From an uncultured Antarcticibacterium sp. (lineage in GTDB: Bacteria > Bacteroidota > Bacteroidia > Flavobacteriales > Flavobacteriaceae), in contig CAZXEY010000001.1 in NCBI GenBank assembly GCA_964639695.1, forward strand, positions 3,448 to 67,447: a stretch of 64,000 nt of DNA, read 5' to 3'. The notes beneath the pieces were generated by a model. That model was not told where the DNA came from. It searched no databases and saw only the letters and a program-made list of their open reading frames with translations. Positions within the stretch are counted from its first letter, which is position 1, and every line of letters begins with the position of its first letter. Of the stretch, positions 1 through 10,269 are shown piece by piece. The translations under genes and the position numbers were made by a program.

Positions 1-2
1 AT

Positions 3-719
3 GAAAATCTTGACAAACTGCTATTAAAGGAAATGCTGTCCAACGAAATAATGGGAGCTTATGCAGGATGTTATAAGCTGGCAATTTTCATGATGATCTA
101 TATTCAGGCATTTAAAATGGGCGCAGAACCTTTCTTTTTTAATCATTCTCATAAAGAAAATGCCAAAAACACGTATGCCAGTATTCTATTGTATTTCGTA
201 ATTGCAGGGAGTTTAATCTTTATAGTTTTAGTAGCTTTTATAGATTTTTTCAAGGAGTTGATCATTCGGGATCCCGATTATTGGATCACAATTTCTATAG
301 TTCCGATTGTTTTACTGGCAAACCTGTTTTTAGGAATTTATCACAACCTCTCAGTTTGGTATAAATTGACTGACAAGACAAAAACGGGAATGTATATTTC
401 CATATTTGGAGCCGCAGTAACTATTTTGTTCAATATTTTTCTCATACCGGTATTAGGTTTTATGGCTGCAGCCTGGGCTACTTTAGCAGCGTATGGAAGT
501 ATGATGCTCATTTCCTATTTCCTGGGAAGAAAGTATTATCCCGTTCCATATAATTTAAAAAGAATTGGGTTTTATCTTTTGCTTTCAATAGCTTTATCGG
601 TAGTTTCTTTCATTTATTTCCGTGGAAATTATCTGGTAGGAACATCATTTATAATTTTATTTTTAATAGCAGCTTTTGCACTTGAGCGCAAGGGTTTGAA
701 TCAAATTTTAAAAGAATGA
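3..719 (+). CDS. Polysaccharide biosynthesis/oligosaccharide flippase (MATE-like), 5'-truncated by window edge
   Basis: Frame is open from the window start ([11 protein letters not shown]...); multiple TM helices; typical position upstream of dut in Flavobacteria. Confidence 0.8.
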   Translation, partial: ENLDKLLLKEMLSNEIMGAYAGCYKLAIFMMIYIQAFKMGAEPFFFNHSHKENAKNTYASILLYFVIAGSLIFIVLVAFIDFFKELIIRDPDYWITISIVPIVLLANLFLGIYHNLSVWYKLTDKTKTGMYISIFGAAVTILFNIFLIPVLGFMAAAWATLAAYGSMMLISYFLGRKYYPVPYNLKRIGFYLLLSIALSVVSFIYFRGNYLVGTSFIILFLIAAFALERKGLNQILKE

Positions 720-1150
720 CGATCAAAATAATAAACAAATCCTCTCATGAACTTCCAAATTATGAAACTGAAGCTTCAGCAGGAATGGATATTCGGGCCA
801 ATATTTCCCAACCGGTAACGTTAAAGCCTTTAGAACGTTCTATTATAAAAACCGGATTATTTATTGAATTGCCTGTTGGTTTTGAGGCTCAGGTAAGACC
901 AAGAAGTGGGCTGGCTGCAAAAAAAGGAATTACGGTCCTTAATTCTCCCGGTACCATAGATGCAGATTATCGAGGAGAAATTGGTGTAATTTTGGTCAAC
1001 CTCTCAGGTGAAGATTTTATTGTAGAGAACGGCGAAAGAATTGCCCAGCTGGTTATAGCTAAACACGAACGTGCTGAATGGAGGCTTGTTGAAGAGCTGG
1101 AGGAAACTTCTCGAGGCGCAGGTGGTTTTGGAAGCACCGGAAACAAATAA
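716..1150 (+). CDS. dut: dUTP diphosphatase
   Basis: Motifs [34 protein letters not shown]. Confidence 0.97.
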   Translation: MTIKIINKSSHELPNYETEASAGMDIRANISQPVTLKPLERSIIKTGLFIELPVGFEAQVRPRSGLAAKKGITVLNSPGTIDADYRGEIGVILVNLSGEDFIVENGERIAQLVIAKHERAEWRLVEELEETSRGAGGFGSTGNK

Positions 1151-1204
1151 GAATTTAATAGTCGAAAGAATTAGCTTTAAAGCTACTTCATAAAAAGAAT
1201 TTTA

Positions 1205-2215
1205 ATGAAAATAATAGTACCAATGGCAGGACGCGGTTCGCGACTTCGCCCACACACATTAACAATACCAAAACCACTTATACCTATAGCGGGAAAACCC
1301 ATAGTTCACAGGTTAGTAGAAGATATAGCTAAAGTTCTCAATGAGAAAGTAGATGAGGTTGCCTTTATCATTGGAACCGATTTTGGTGAAAAGGTGGAGA
1401 CAGATCTTAAAAGGATTGCCGAAACAATGGGCGCCAAAGCAAGCATCTATTATCAGGATAAGCCTTTAGGAACGGGACACGCAATTATGTGTGCCAAGGA
1501 TTCCCTGGAAGGGTCTGCAGTTATTGCTTATGCAGATACACTTTTTAAGGCCGATTTTACGTTAGATAAAGATGCTGATAGCGTAATTTGGGTTAAGCAG
1601 GTTGAAAACCCGAGTGCATACGGAGTTATAAAGCTAAACGATAAAAGGCAAATTACAGATCTTGTCGAAAAACCTGAAGAATTCGTATCAGATCTTGCTG
1701 TAATCGGGATCTATTATTTTAAGGATGTGGCGGTTTTGAAAAATGAACTTCAGGCGGTATTGGACAACAACATCATAAGGGGAGGTGAATACCAGATCAA
1801 TGATGGAATACAGGCAATGAAAGAAAAGGGCCATATTTTTGTTCCGGGGAAAGTAGATGAATGGATGGACTGCGGCAATAAAGATGTGACTGTAGAGACA
1901 AATGGAAGAATGCTAAAATTTCTTCATGCCGATGGGGAGAAATTAATTTCAGGATCGGTAAAGATTGAAAATTGTGAGATTACAGAGCCTTGCTTTATTG
2001 GAGAAAACGTGGAGCTGATTAATGCTAAAATAGGTCCTAATGTTTCAATTGGAAACGGAACAAAAGTTAAGGATTCCAAAATAAAGAACAGCTTGATTCA
2101 GGAATTTGCAGAGATTAAAAATGCGGATCTTGACAATGCAATGGTCGGGAATTTTGCAAAGTTTGATGGTAATTTCACCCAGATAAGTATTGGAGATTAT
2201 TCTGTTTTAGAATAA
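1205..2215 (+). CDS. Sugar-phosphate nucleotidyltransferase with C-terminal beta-helix
   Basis: MAGRGSRLRPHT..PKPL motif, VEKP, hexapeptide-like C-terminus. Confidence 0.88.
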   Translation: MKIIVPMAGRGSRLRPHTLTIPKPLIPIAGKPIVHRLVEDIAKVLNEKVDEVAFIIGTDFGEKVETDLKRIAETMGAKASIYYQDKPLGTGHAIMCAKDSLEGSAVIAYADTLFKADFTLDKDADSVIWVKQVENPSAYGVIKLNDKRQITDLVEKPEEFVSDLAVIGIYYFKDVAVLKNELQAVLDNNIIRGGEYQINDGIQAMKEKGHIFVPGKVDEWMDCGNKDVTVETNGRMLKFLHADGEKLISGSVKIENCEITEPCFIGENVELINAKIGPNVSIGNGTKVKDSKIKNSLIQEFAEIKNADLDNAMVGNFAKFDGNFTQISIGDYSVLE

Positions 2216-2271
2216 TTTTAAAAGATTTTCCTGCAAGTGCAACGGCTTTTTGAAGCGGAGTAATAGAAGAT

Positions 2272-3648
2272 ATGAAAATGAAAGTCTGCATGTTTTTATT
2301 CACCCTTGGATGTTTTTTCCAGACATCCCAATTTCAGGCGCAGGAAATTCCCGCAGCTTTTCAAGAAGTGAACCAGGATGATCTTGGGGATGTTACCGAT
2401 GCATTTCAGGAAAGCTTTTTTGAGGCACTTAAGCAAAAGGCGATAGAGAATTACGAAAAGGCGATCACGGCCCTTCGTAAATGCGAAGAACTACAGCCAA
2501 ACAATGCAGTGGTCCAGTATGAACTCGGAAAAAATTACAAGCTGCTTGGAAATTTAAGTGCTGCTATAAGTAGTTTTCAAAAAGCCAATCGGCTTAATCC
2601 AGACCAGCAATGGATGATGGCAGATTTGATGAAGGCTTATTACGCAAATAACGACTATGAGCAGGCAATTTTAGTAGCTAAGAAGCTTGTTTCTTTCGAT
2701 GATGAATATTACAATAATCTGGCAGACCTTTATTTCAAATCCAAAAGGTATGACGAGCTAATTAAACTTCTTGATCAGCTGGATGCAACATTGGGTATAA
2801 ATGAATACAGACTGGGTTTAAGGCAACAAATCTATGCTTTAGACAATAACACCCCTGCTCAAATTCAGGTGCTAAAAGATGCTATTAAAGCAAATCCCGA
2901 AAATGAAAAAAACCATCTCAATTTAATATTTGTATACAGCGACTCTGGGATGGAGAAGGAAGCTTTTGCCGCGGCAGAAGAAATGAAGCAGATTTTTCCT
3001 AATTCTAAAGTGGTACACCTTGCTTTGTACAAGTTTTATCTTGATAAAAAAAATACTGCGTCGGCTTTGCAGTCTATGAGAACTGTATTGGAAGCAGAGG
3101 AAATTGACCCGGTTTCTAAATTAAAGGTCTTAAACGATTTTCTGCTCTTTGTCAATACTAACCCCGCTTATGAAGAGGAATTAAAAAATGTGAGTACCAT
3201 TTTTGCCGAGCAGGAGAAAAGCCCCGAGGTTTTTATAAAATTAGGGGAGTATTTTTTGCTGAAGAATCAGAAGGAAAAAGCACTGGAATTTTTAGAATTG
3301 GGATATCAAAAGAACCCGGAAAATTTTCCACTTTTAAAAGGACTTTTACTTTTGCAGATTGAACTTCAGAAGTTTAGCGAAGCAAATAAAATTAGTGAAG
3401 AAGCACTTGAAATCTTTCCGGCTCAGCCATTCTTTTATTTAATTCGCGGAGTATCTTTGAACAAAGAAAAAAAGTATTCGGAGGCTGAAAAAATACTTTC
3501 TGAAGGATTGGATTATTTAATTGATGATACAAAACTGCAAGGAGAATTTTTCGAACAACTGATTTTTTCATATTCAGAATCAGGAAATAATGAAAAGGCT
3601 GCGGAATACAGACAAAAGCTGGAGCAGTTGAACAAAACCTTAAATTAA
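2272..3648 (+). CDS. Secreted tetratricopeptide-repeat protein
   Basis: Signal peptide and repeated TPR-like helical units. Confidence 0.85.
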   Translation: MKMKVCMFLFTLGCFFQTSQFQAQEIPAAFQEVNQDDLGDVTDAFQESFFEALKQKAIENYEKAITALRKCEELQPNNAVVQYELGKNYKLLGNLSAAISSFQKANRLNPDQQWMMADLMKAYYANNDYEQAILVAKKLVSFDDEYYNNLADLYFKSKRYDELIKLLDQLDATLGINEYRLGLRQQIYALDNNTPAQIQVLKDAIKANPENEKNHLNLIFVYSDSGMEKEAFAAAEEMKQIFPNSKVVHLALYKFYLDKKNTASALQSMRTVLEAEEIDPVSKLKVLNDFLLFVNTNPAYEEELKNVSTIFAEQEKSPEVFIKLGEYFLLKNQKEKALEFLELGYQKNPENFPLLKGLLLLQIELQKFSEANKISEEALEIFPAQPFFYLIRGVSLNKEKKYSEAEKILSEGLDYLIDDTKLQGEFFEQLIFSYSESGNNEKAAEYRQKLEQLNKTLN

Positions 3649-4415
3649 TGATTAAAAAAATTAGTTCACTTATAATAATTTGTTCGATTATTTCCTCTTG
3701 CGGAAGCAGTAAGAAGCAAATAGAAATTGAAGATGCGGCTTTATCCAAAGTTGTGAATACTCATTACGGTAACGAACCGGAGTTTAAGACTCTTAGCAGC
3801 CGGATGAAATTAAATTATCAGGATGAGGAAAGGAGCCAGTCAGTTACTTTAAGTTTCAGGATGCACAAGGACAGCGTAATTTGGGTGAGCGCCCAAATAT
3901 TAGGAATTCCTTTAGCAAAAGCTTTAATAACCAAAGACAGGGTTAGTTATTACGAAAAGATAAATAAAACCTATTTCGATGGAGATTACAGTTTGCTGAG
4001 CAAATGGTTGGGAACTCCTTTGGATTTTGAAAAGCTTCAGAACCTGCTCATTGGTAATACAATCTATGATTTAAGGGATGCAAAATATAAACTTACAGAA
4101 TCTTCAAGGGGATATCAATTAGTACCCGATAATGGTTTCAACGCTGTGAAGAAGATGTTCCTGCTGGATCCAAGAAGTTTTAGAGCTACTGCCCAGCAGC
4201 TCTCCCAAGAAAAACAAAACCGCGCGGTTACAGTGACTTATCCTAAATATCAGCGGGTTGCAGGTCAAACCTTTCCCGAGGATATTAAAATTATTGCGAG
4301 TGAAGCGGGATCCAGTACTTCTATAGATATTTCCCTTCGGTCGCTTGCATTGAATGAATCCTTAAGTTTTCCATTTGACATACCTTCGGGTTATGAAGAA
4401 ATTATAATAGATTAA
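3648..4415 (+). CDS. DUF4292-like lipoprotein
   Basis: Lipobox ISSC; sits between the TPR and EnvC genes as typical in Flavobacteria. Confidence 0.75.
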   Translation: MIKKISSLIIICSIISSCGSSKKQIEIEDAALSKVVNTHYGNEPEFKTLSSRMKLNYQDEERSQSVTLSFRMHKDSVIWVSAQILGIPLAKALITKDRVSYYEKINKTYFDGDYSLLSKWLGTPLDFEKLQNLLIGNTIYDLRDAKYKLTESSRGYQLVPDNGFNAVKKMFLLDPRSFRATAQQLSQEKQNRAVTVTYPKYQRVAGQTFPEDIKIIASEAGSSTSIDISLRSLALNESLSFPFDIPSGYEEIIID

Positions 4416-5638
4416 TGAAAGTACGAGTTTATCTGGTCCAGATTTTTACTATTTGCATATTCTTTACAGGAATATTTCAGTCTTTAGCTCAAAGTTCTAA
4501 AGAGGATCTTGAACAAAGAAGACTGGAGTTAAGGGAAGAGATTAAAAGAATTACAGACCTAAGGAACTCCAATAAAAAGAAGGAAGTCTCCGTGCTTACC
4601 GAGGTGGAGGATCTTGACAGGCAGATTCGTACTACAGAAAATTTAATTAAGGTTACGAACCAACAGGCCAATATCATTACCAGGGATATAAATACCAATA
4701 CTTCTAAAATGCAACAGCTTCGTAAAGAGCTGGAAAAACTAAAGGAAGATTATAGCCAGATGATCCAAAAGTCTTACAGGAGTAAATCCCAGCAGAGCAG
4801 GATTATGTTTCTTTTATCTTCGCAAAGCTTTTTACAGGCTTATAAGAGGCTTCAATACATGAAGCAGTATGCGAATTACAGGAAGAAGCAGGGAGACGAA
4901 ATAAAGGGCCGTACAGATGAGCTGCAGGTGCTTAATGCTAATCTAATTAACCAAAAGAAGGCCAAGGATGTGTTAATTGCCGAAAACAGGCAAACGAGGG
5001 CACAATTGGAGAAGAATAAACAATCCCAACAAAGCCTGATTAAGAACATTAGACAAAAAGAAGGAGAATTTGCTGCTCAAATCAAAAAGAAACAGCAGGA
5101 AGTAAATGCTATCGACAAAAAAATAGATGAAATTATTCGCGCGTCTATTGCCAAAGCTAATAAAGAAAGTGGTTCAAGTTCAAGGGATGTATATGAACTA
5201 ACTCCTGAAGCTAAAGCTTTGGCCGCCAACTTCGCCAGTAATAAGGGCAAGCTCCCATGGCCATTAAGATCGGGAGTTGTAGTTCGCCGTTTTGGTACAC
5301 AGCCGCATCCCGTTGTGAAAACGGTAACGGTAAATAGCAATGGGGTTCATATAGAAACTGAAGAAGGCAGTAAGGCACGCGCAATTTTTAATGGAACAAT
5401 AAGCGAAGTGCAGGCGGTACCGGGTGCAAATAAAGCAGTAATGGTACGACATGGGGATTATCTTTCTATTTACAACAACTTGTCCAAGGTATATGTGAAA
5501 AAAGGAGATGTGGTTTCCATAGGACAGGATCTTGGAGAAGTTGCTACTAATACCAGCTCAGGAAAGACTACCCTTTATTTCCTCATCTATAAAAATATGG
5601 ATAAGCTAGATCCTTCAGATTGGATCCTGAGAATGTAA
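4415..5638 (+). CDS. Murein hydrolase activator EnvC family (coiled coil + M23 domain)
   Basis: Long coiled coil, KGKLPWP, degenerate M23 (NGVHI, YNNL). Confidence 0.88.
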   Translation: MKVRVYLVQIFTICIFFTGIFQSLAQSSKEDLEQRRLELREEIKRITDLRNSNKKKEVSVLTEVEDLDRQIRTTENLIKVTNQQANIITRDINTNTSKMQQLRKELEKLKEDYSQMIQKSYRSKSQQSRIMFLLSSQSFLQAYKRLQYMKQYANYRKKQGDEIKGRTDELQVLNANLINQKKAKDVLIAENRQTRAQLEKNKQSQQSLIKNIRQKEGEFAAQIKKKQQEVNAIDKKIDEIIRASIAKANKESGSSSRDVYELTPEAKALAANFASNKGKLPWPLRSGVVVRRFGTQPHPVVKTVTVNSNGVHIETEEGSKARAIFNGTISEVQAVPGANKAVMVRHGDYLSIYNNLSKVYVKKGDVVSIGQDLGEVATNTSSGKTTLYFLIYKNMDKLDPSDWILRM

Positions 5639-5644
5639 ATAGGC

Positions 5645-6157
5645 CTATTTATCAAAAAGAGCCTTTAATTCTGTAGCATCTCCCGGTTTCATTTTCCCGG
5701 CGAGAACAAGGCTAAGTTGTTTTCTTCTAAGGGCAGCTTCATAGCGATCTTTTTCAAATAGAGTTTCGGGCTCCAGTGGTGGAACGCTAACAGGCGTTCC
5801 TGTTTCATCTACGGCAACAAAAGTATAGATAGCCTCATTTGCTTTAGATTTTTTTCCACTTTCCCTGTCTTCCACCCAAACATCGATAAAGATTTCCATA
5901 GAACTTTTAAATGATCTGGAAACGGCAGCTTCTACAGTTACTACACTTCCCAAAGGAATGACTTTATTAAAGGCTACGTGATTTACAGATGCAGTAACAA
6001 CGATTCTACGGCTATGCCTCCTTGCAGCAATACTCGCCGCACGATCCATTCTGGCGAGTAACTCACCTCCAAATAAATTATTTAATGGATTTGTTTCACT
6101 GGGAAGAACCAGATCGGTCAATATAGTACGGGAATCTTTTGGGTATTTAGCCTGCAT
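5645..6157 (-). CDS. Acyl-CoA thioesterase (hotdog fold)
   Basis: TNPLNNLFGGELLARMD motif; start moved to ATG 6157. Confidence 0.9.
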   Translation of the reverse strand: MQAKYPKDSRTILTDLVLPSETNPLNNLFGGELLARMDRAASIAARRHSRRIVVTASVNHVAFNKVIPLGSVVTVEAAVSRSFKSSMEIFIDVWVEDRESGKKSKANEAIYTFVAVDETGTPVSVPPLEPETLFEKDRYEAALRRKQLSLVLAGKMKPGDATELKALFDK

Positions 6158-6213
6158 TTGCCAATTTTTCGGCAAAGGTACGCTAAGAAGAGAGTTTAGA
6201 AGTTAAGAATCTA

Positions 6214-7143
6214 TTAAAGTTCCTGTATAAGAAGCCAGGCTCCTTCATTACCGCCCTTTACATCTCTTAAAACCTTTAGTGCTTCTTCCCGGGTTTGATG
6301 GCTGCTGTATACCACCTGGTGAAGTTTAAACTTGTTTTCACCAATATATCTTGCCTTAAATCCTTCTGCTCTTAACTCCTCTACTTTTTGATGTGCATTT
6401 TCCTCAACTCTAAAAGCGCCGGCAACAACATGATAGTTTCCGGTCTGCTTAATTACTGTAAAAGTGATTTCAGGAAGCGGATTATCAATGACAAAAGTAG
6501 CCTGCTGTATCTTTTGTTGTAATTGGGTTTCTGCTGTTTGCTGCTCTGCTACATTATGCTCAGAAACCTGATTGCTGTAAATATTTAATCCAGCAAATCC
6601 TGAAATTCCCAAAGCAATTAAACCTATTGCTGCATATTTAAGCACAGCATTTCCTCTTCTTTCGGGAGTGAAATGGATAGGTGCTTTTTCCTCCAGTGCA
6701 ATAACTTTTTTCTTAAACTCCTCGCGTTTTACCTGAATTCCTGGAATGGTAGATAAACCAAAAGCTTCTGCCATAAAATTGGCATCTTTTAATGGTTCAA
6801 ACTGAAGAATATCATCTGAAGAAAGATAGAATCCTCCAATGTTCTCAAGAAAAACCTGCTTTTCGGTGTCCAGCTGAAGGTTTAGATCCCGCACATATTC
6901 TTCAATCTTAAAAACTGCCTCAGGATATCCAATATCTTCGGCTTCTGCCAGGTAGTTAGCCAATAATCCATCATTTTTCTTTAACTGAGAGTTAAAGGAA
7001 ACTTGTTTTTTAGGAGGGAAGAATACTTTTGCATCTTCATTGTACTGGGCAGATCTTTTTTGAGTTAAAAAAGCGCCGAAACCGGGTAGAATTACACATT
7101 CGTATCGGTAAAGTAAGTCGGAGATATGTGCTGCTATTGTCAT
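6214..7143 (-). CDS. HU/CCDC81-like and SPOR domain protein
   Basis: N-terminal LLYRYECVILPGFGAF, TM helix, C-terminal YHVVAGAF SPOR domain. Confidence 0.85.
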   Translation of the reverse strand: MTIAAHISDLLYRYECVILPGFGAFLTQKRSAQYNEDAKVFFPPKKQVSFNSQLKKNDGLLANYLAEAEDIGYPEAVFKIEEYVRDLNLQLDTEKQVFLENIGGFYLSSDDILQFEPLKDANFMAEAFGLSTIPGIQVKREEFKKKVIALEEKAPIHFTPERRGNAVLKYAAIGLIALGISGFAGLNIYSNQVSEHNVAEQQTAETQLQQKIQQATFVIDNPLPEITFTVIKQTGNYHVVAGAFRVEENAHQKVEELRAEGFKARYIGENKFKLHQVVYSSHQTREEALKVLRDVKGGNEGAWLLIQEL

Positions 7144-7386
7144 TAAAACAAAAGTAAGTTTTTAGATCACAGAATAAAATTAGCTAAAGATATCTTATTA
7201 ACAAATGTTTTATTACAAATATTATGAACAGAGTAATGAACCTTTTTAACTGGAAATCAGGATAAAAGCTGGTAAATCAGGCAATATTTATTTTTAGGTT
7301 TTTGGGCTTATACTATTTTTTAATTCTATCTTTTACTTTCAATAAATAAGGAAATCCAGAGGTAATATTCTCATCATTAAAAACGT

Positions 7387-8487
7387 ATGGACAAATTGGA
7401 ATTGCTTTATATTTTGGCATTACAACATTTGCCTAATCTTGGCGATAGCACTGCAAAAAAAATCCTGAGGCATTTAGGATCTGCCGAAGAAATCTTTAAA
7501 GCTAAAAAACAAGATCTTCTGCGTATAGATGGGGTAGGAGAAATAAGATTGTCAGGATTAAAAGATTCAGAACATCTTCATGCAGCTGAAGCTGAGCTGA
7601 AATTTATCGTCGATAATAATATTAATTATCTCTATTTCAAAGATTCCAACTATCCTGAAAAGCTAAAGCATTGTCAGGATTCCCCAATCCTTTTATTCTC
7701 CCGGGGAAATATTAATATTGAAAACAAAAGAATTATAAGCATCGTGGGGACAAGGAAGATTACCACTCAGGGAATAGCTTTTTGTGAACAGCTTATAGAA
7801 GATCTTGCCCCGTTAGATCCGGTTATAGTTTCCGGGTTTGCTTATGGTGTGGATATTACTGCACAGAAAGCAGCCATAAAACATAATTTACAAACGGTGG
7901 GATGCCTTGCCCATGGTCTCAATCAAATCTATCCCCGCGTCCATTCAAAATATGTAAACGATATTGAACGAAATGGAGGATTTTATACCGATTTCTGGAG
8001 CAGTGATGATTTTGACAGGAATAATTTCTTAAAACGAAACCGCATTATTGCAGGTCTTAGTGAAGCTACTGTTGTTATTGAAAGTGCAGAAAAGGGAGGG
8101 TCCCTTGTTACTGCAGATATTGCAAACTCTTACGATCGGGAGGTTTTTGCAGTACCGGGTAGGCCGGGGGATTCCCAGAGCCGCGGTTGTAATAATCTCA
8201 TTAAATCCCAAAATGCACATTTACTGACAAGCGCTGCAGATTTGATTTATATTCTCAACTGGAGTACAGGAACTCAAACTAAAGCTGTTCAAAAATCACT
8301 TTTCGTAGAATTAGAGCCCGAAGAACGGGTTATTTATGATTATCTTGAAAAAAATGGAAAGCAGCAGCTTGATATTGTTGCTCTTAATTGCCAGTTTCCC
8401 ACCTATAAAACTGCAGGTCTTTTACTGGAAATGGAATTAAAGGGAGCAATACGCCCGTTACCGGGAAAATTATTTGAGGCTATTTAA
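7387..8487 (+). CDS. dprA: DNA-processing protein DprA
   Basis: IVGTR, VSGFAYGVD, RNRIIAGLS, GGSLVTA motifs; C-terminal winged helix. Confidence 0.95.
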   Translation: MDKLELLYILALQHLPNLGDSTAKKILRHLGSAEEIFKAKKQDLLRIDGVGEIRLSGLKDSEHLHAAEAELKFIVDNNINYLYFKDSNYPEKLKHCQDSPILLFSRGNINIENKRIISIVGTRKITTQGIAFCEQLIEDLAPLDPVIVSGFAYGVDITAQKAAIKHNLQTVGCLAHGLNQIYPRVHSKYVNDIERNGGFYTDFWSSDDFDRNNFLKRNRIIAGLSEATVVIESAEKGGSLVTADIANSYDREVFAVPGRPGDSQSRGCNNLIKSQNAHLLTSAADLIYILNWSTGTQTKAVQKSLFVELEPEERVIYDYLEKNGKQQLDIVALNCQFPTYKTAGLLLEMELKGAIRPLPGKLFEAI

Positions 8488-9452
8488 TAGCCTAACTTTT
8501 CCCTAACTCTTTTTAAGACCTCGGCAGCTACAAGTCGTGCTTTTTTTGCACCTGTTTCTAGTGCAGCATCAATTTCTGCAGGATGCTCCATATAATAATT
8601 GTACAATTCCCTTTGCTTCCCAAATTTTTGTATTACCAGTTCATATAGTTCCTGCTTGGCATGTCCATACCCATAGCCTCCTGCTGCATATTTAGTTCTC
8701 ATTTCCTCAATTTGAGCTTTATCAGCCAACAGCTTGTAGAGGGAAAAAACATTACAGGTTTCAGTATTTTTAGGCTCCTCAAGGGGCGTGCTGTCTGTTT
8801 CAATGGTCATTAACTGCTTGCGCAGTTGTTTGTCTGGGAGGAATAAGTTAATAACATTCCCTTTGGACTTGCTCATTTTCTCCCCATCGGTTCCCGGAAT
8901 GTATTTTGTTTCCTCCTGCACCTTAGCTTCAGGCATAACAAAGGTTTCTCCCATTTGGGCGTGGAAACGTGAAGCTACATCTCTTGTCATTTCAAGGTGT
9001 TGAAGCTGATCTTTGCCTACGGGAACAATTTCAGCATCATATAAAAGAATATCTGCCGCCATTAGCATAGGATAGGTGAACAAACCAGAGTTAACATCTT
9101 CCAGCCTGTCTGCTTTATCTTTAAAGGAATGTGCGAGGGTTAATCGTTGGTAGGGAAAAAAGCAGCTTAAATACCAGGATAGTTCAGTTACCTCTGGAAT
9201 ATCGCTTTGGCGGTAAAAAACGGTTTTTTCTATATCTAAACCAAAGGCCAACCAGGTGGCAGCTGTAGAATATGTATTTCGTTTAAGAGTATCAGAATTT
9301 TTGATCTGCGTAAGCGAATGCAGGTTTGCTATAAACAAAAACGATTCATTTTCGGGACGGTTTGCCATTTCAATCGCGGGTATAATTGCCCCCAGCAGAT
9401 TTCCTAAATGCGGTGTTCCGGTACTTTGTACACCCGTAAGTATTCTGGACAT
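8484..9452 (-). CDS. trpS: Tryptophan--tRNA ligase
   Basis: HLGN (HIGH-like), YPMLMAADIL, VPVGKDQ, KMSKS. Confidence 0.97.
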   Translation of the reverse strand: MSRILTGVQSTGTPHLGNLLGAIIPAIEMANRPENESFLFIANLHSLTQIKNSDTLKRNTYSTAATWLAFGLDIEKTVFYRQSDIPEVTELSWYLSCFFPYQRLTLAHSFKDKADRLEDVNSGLFTYPMLMAADILLYDAEIVPVGKDQLQHLEMTRDVASRFHAQMGETFVMPEAKVQEETKYIPGTDGEKMSKSKGNVINLFLPDKQLRKQLMTIETDSTPLEEPKNTETCNVFSLYKLLADKAQIEEMRTKYAAGGYGYGHAKQELYELVIQKFGKQRELYNYYMEHPAEIDAALETGAKKARLVAAEVLKRVREKLGY

Positions 9453-9527
9453 TCTATTTTTTTAAATTTTCACAAAGGTACTTTATTTATAGAATTTGCT
9501 TATTTGATTTTACTATTTTTGATCCCT

Positions 9528-10268
9528 ATGGGAATAATAAAATCTGTCTTAATAACCATTTGGAGAATCTGGTTTTATATTCTTTTGGCGCTTCCTATCA
9601 TTGTCATGTTCCCAGTCCTGGTGATATTTACAACATCAGAAAAGTTATATCCTCAATTTTTCACCTGTGCCCGCATCTGGGCAAAATGTATTTTATACGG
9701 TATGGGTTTTTTTCCGAAGAAATCCTCTTCAGCAAAACTCGTAAAAGGAAAAAGTTATATGCTGGTGGCAAATCATACTTCGATTACAGATATTATGCTT
9801 ATGCTGGCCGTAATCGATCATACGTTTGTCTTCCTTGGAAAAGTTGAATTATCCAGAATTCCTTTATTTGGATATTTTTACAGGAGAACCTGCATATTAG
9901 TGGATAGAAGTTCCCAAAAAAGCAGATTGGAAGCTTTTGCCGAAGCTCAAAGACGCCTAAAACAGGGTAACAGCATATGTATTTTTCCTGAAGGAGGGGT
10001 GCCAGATGATGAAAGTGTAGTGTTGGCTCCTTTTAAAGATGGTGCCATTCGCCTGGCAATAGATCATCAAATTCCTATTGTCCCCATTGCGTTTCACGAT
10101 AATAAAAAGCGATTTTCTTATACGTTTTTTTCCGGAAGCCCCGGGGTGATGAGAGTAAAAGTAATGGAATCGATACCTACAAAAGGAATGGTGCCAGATG
10201 ATAAGAGAGATCTAAAAGTTCAGGTTTACGATACCATCTATACAGAGCTTAAAAACCCATCGCTATAA
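9528..10268 (+). CDS. Lysophospholipid (1-acyl-glycerol-3-phosphate) acyltransferase
   Basis: NHTSITD (HX4D) and FPEG motifs; start moved to ATG 9528. Confidence 0.9.
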   Translation: MGIIKSVLITIWRIWFYILLALPIIVMFPVLVIFTTSEKLYPQFFTCARIWAKCILYGMGFFPKKSSSAKLVKGKSYMLVANHTSITDIMLMLAVIDHTFVFLGKVELSRIPLFGYFYRRTCILVDRSSQKSRLEAFAEAQRRLKQGNSICIFPEGGVPDDESVVLAPFKDGAIRLAIDHQIPIVPIAFHDNKKRFSYTFFSGSPGVMRVKVMESIPTKGMVPDDKRDLKVQVYDTIYTELKNPSL

Positions 10269-10269
10269 A

